This document shows, piece after piece, positions 62,037 through 64,000 of a DNA stretch of 64,000 bases; position 1 is the stretch's first letter; every line of letters begins with the position of its first letter. A program made the translations under genes and the position numbers. The notes below the pieces were generated by a model that was not told the DNA's origin, searched no databases, and worked only from the letters and a program-made list of their open reading frames with translations. Source of the DNA: Macrostomum hystrix. Its lineage: Eukaryota > Animalia > Platyhelminthes. The stretch is taken from positions 1,550,001 through 1,614,000 of the forward strand of contig CATNEN010000007.1 in assembly GCA_950097015.1 (NCBI GenBank), in the 5' to 3' direction.

Positions 62037-62175
62037 GCTGTGGGACTGCTGGCTGTGATTATCACCGCGGTGTGGATGTCCGCCTATCACGGCGGCTTCA
62101 GCTGGTCAGCCGACCGCGTCTTCAACTTCCACCCGCTGTTCATGGTCATCGGAATGGTGTTCCTCTATGCTGACG
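62037..62175 (+). CDS. CYB561: Cytochrome b561 family, exon 2
   Basis: AVWMSAYHGGFSW...FNFHPLFMVIGMVFLYAD includes the first heme-ligand His. AG/GT flanks. Confidence 0.9.
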
Positions 62176-62214
62176 GTGAGTAGCGAAGCCGAGGAAACTG
62201 CCGGCGGAGTAGAT

Positions 62215-62645
62215 AGGGGAGATGGAGACACTGAGAAGTAGATAGGCGATATGGAGACACTGAGAAGTAGATAGGCGATATGGAGACACTGAGAAGTAGA
62301 TAGGCGATATGGAGACACTGAGAGGTAGATAGGGGATATATGGAGACACTGAGAGGTAGATAGGGGATATATGGAGACACTGAGAGGTAGATAGGGGATA
62401 TATGGAGACACTGAGAGGTAGATAGGGGATATGGAGACACTGAGAGGTAGATAGGGGATATGGAGACACTCTAAAGTAGCTAGAGGAGTTCGAGACACTG
62501 AGAAGTAGATTGAGGAGATAGAGACACTGAGAGGTAGATAGTAGAGAGTAGCAGACACTGAGAGGTAGATATGGGATATGGAGACACTGAGAAGTAGATA
62601 GTGGAGAGTAGGAGACACTGAGAGGTAGATAGGGAGATGGAGACT
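62215..62645. repeat. ~30-bp purine-rich minisatellite in CYB561 intron 2
   Basis: Unit GATATGGAGACACTGAGARGTAGATAGG plus 2-4 variable bases. Confidence 0.88.
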
Positions 62646-63159
62646 CTGAAGGGTATCCATCTCTCCAAGAGGAGATTAGGAGAGAAATTTATATGTGAAT
62701 ATCGTTGGAGAGTGATAGCTCTCTAATTAGTCATGGAAAGGTGAGCGGAACCCGAAGCAAGTTGTACAGCCCAGAATCTCTGTAAATTAATTCTGCTCTC
62801 GCCTGGCACGAGAGCTGGGCTTCGGTGGCAATTATTCCAGTCTCACAGGTTAGTTAAATTAAGTCTTTAAGATGAAGCCAGGTTGCAAATCGCGTACCGA
62901 TTTAATTTCCGCTCTGGAACTCGTCATTACTCAAATTTAGGCTTGTGACTCACAGAGCATATATATTAAGTAGGCACGTGCTTTTCCCAATTTATCTCCT
63001 GCTTATCCTCAGCCAACCAGAATAAACTTTGACTTATCCGCTTTATCCCTAAATTACGCGATTTATCCCGAAATTATCCATGGAAATTTATCCCCAATTT
63101 GTCTTCTGCATTCTATCATTTATCAATTTATCATTAACCTACCCTGTATATCCCCAACC

Positions 63160-63385
63160 ACCCAATCGATCCCCAACCTACTCAATCGATTTCAAACCTA
63201 CCCAATCGATCCCCAACCTACTCAAGTGATCCCCAACCTACCCAAGTGATCCCCAACCTACCCAAGTGATCCTTAACCTACCCAATCGATCCCAACCTAC
63301 CCAATCGATCCCCAACCTACCCAAGTGATCCTTAACCTACCCAATCGATCCCAACCTACCCAATCGATCCCCAACCTACCCAAGT
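63160..63385. repeat. 20-bp minisatellite in CYB561 intron 2
   Basis: Unit CCCCAACCTACCCAATCGAT. Confidence 0.88.
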
Positions 63386-63491
63386 CTCCAACTTCCTATT
63401 TAATTCCCAAGCCACTTATTTAGTTCCCCTACTCCCTGATTGCTCCACGAACATCTCTTATCCCCATCCTGACTCTAATCTCCCGCCGTAG

Positions 63492-63858
63492 GCATTCTGG
63501 TCTATCGCGTGTTTCGCAGCGTCAAGAAGTTCCGCGTCAAGATCATCCACGCCTCGCTGCACATCCTGGCCCTGATCTTCGCCATCGTGGGCCTGAAGGC
63601 GGTGTTCAACTCGCACAATCTGGCCACCCCGGAGCCGAGGCCCAATCTCTACAGCGTGCACTCTTGGCTAGGCCTGACCTGCGTGATCCTGTTCTGCCTG
63701 CAGTGGGTCGGCGGCCTGGTGCACTTCCTGCTGCCGCAGACGCCACAGAATTATCGCAAGCTCTACCTGCCGCTGCACCAGCACTGGGGCGTCATTCTGT
63801 TCTGCATGACCACCGTCACCGCCATCACCGGAATCACCGAGAAGAACGCCTTCCACAA
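63492..63858 (+). CDS. CYB561: Cytochrome b561 family, exon 3 (gene continues past the window)
   Basis: ILVYRVFR, KIIHASLH, VFNSHN, NLYSVHSWLG, YLPLHQHWG, TGITEK. Donor AA|GTGAGC. Confidence 0.93.
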
Positions 63859-64000
63859 GTGAGCAGTCTTTGAGATGGCTTGGCTCGGCTTTGCCACTGG
63901 CTGTACATCGAAATGTGTCTCAATCTTGACAGATTGAATCTTTGATAAATGGGAGATTTGATAAATAGGATCTTTGATAGATGGGATATTTGATAAATAG

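Overview
Eukaryotic, intron-containing and very repeat-rich metazoan DNA. The style (GC-rich exons, a different minisatellite in many introns, a divergent dynein light chain) suggests a flatworm such as Macrostomum; this is inference only. Genes rebuilt from splice sites: a partial rhodopsin-class peptide GPCR (-), a complete 9-exon COPA of 1235 aa (-), a ~1360-aa orphan ORF made largely of 39-bp coding repeats (-), a 2-exon VGLL4/Tgi-like two-TDU protein (+), a divergent LC8-type dynein light chain (-), a 4-exon ppGalNAc-transferase (+) and the first 3 exons of a cytochrome b561 (+). Mobile DNA with visible termini: a head-to-tail pair of non-autonomous Helitrons carrying satellite arrays (21007-30670), a decayed RTE-like LINE interrupted by a solo LTR with a 4-bp TSD, an internally deleted Tc1/IS630-type element with TA TSD, and a MULE-like element with a 9-bp TSD. 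The top find is a type I hammerhead ribozyme (4330-4384) sitting between Pol III A and B boxes inside a self-complementary cassette. Most long ORFs in the supplied track are artefacts of tandem repeats. There is no CRISPR array.
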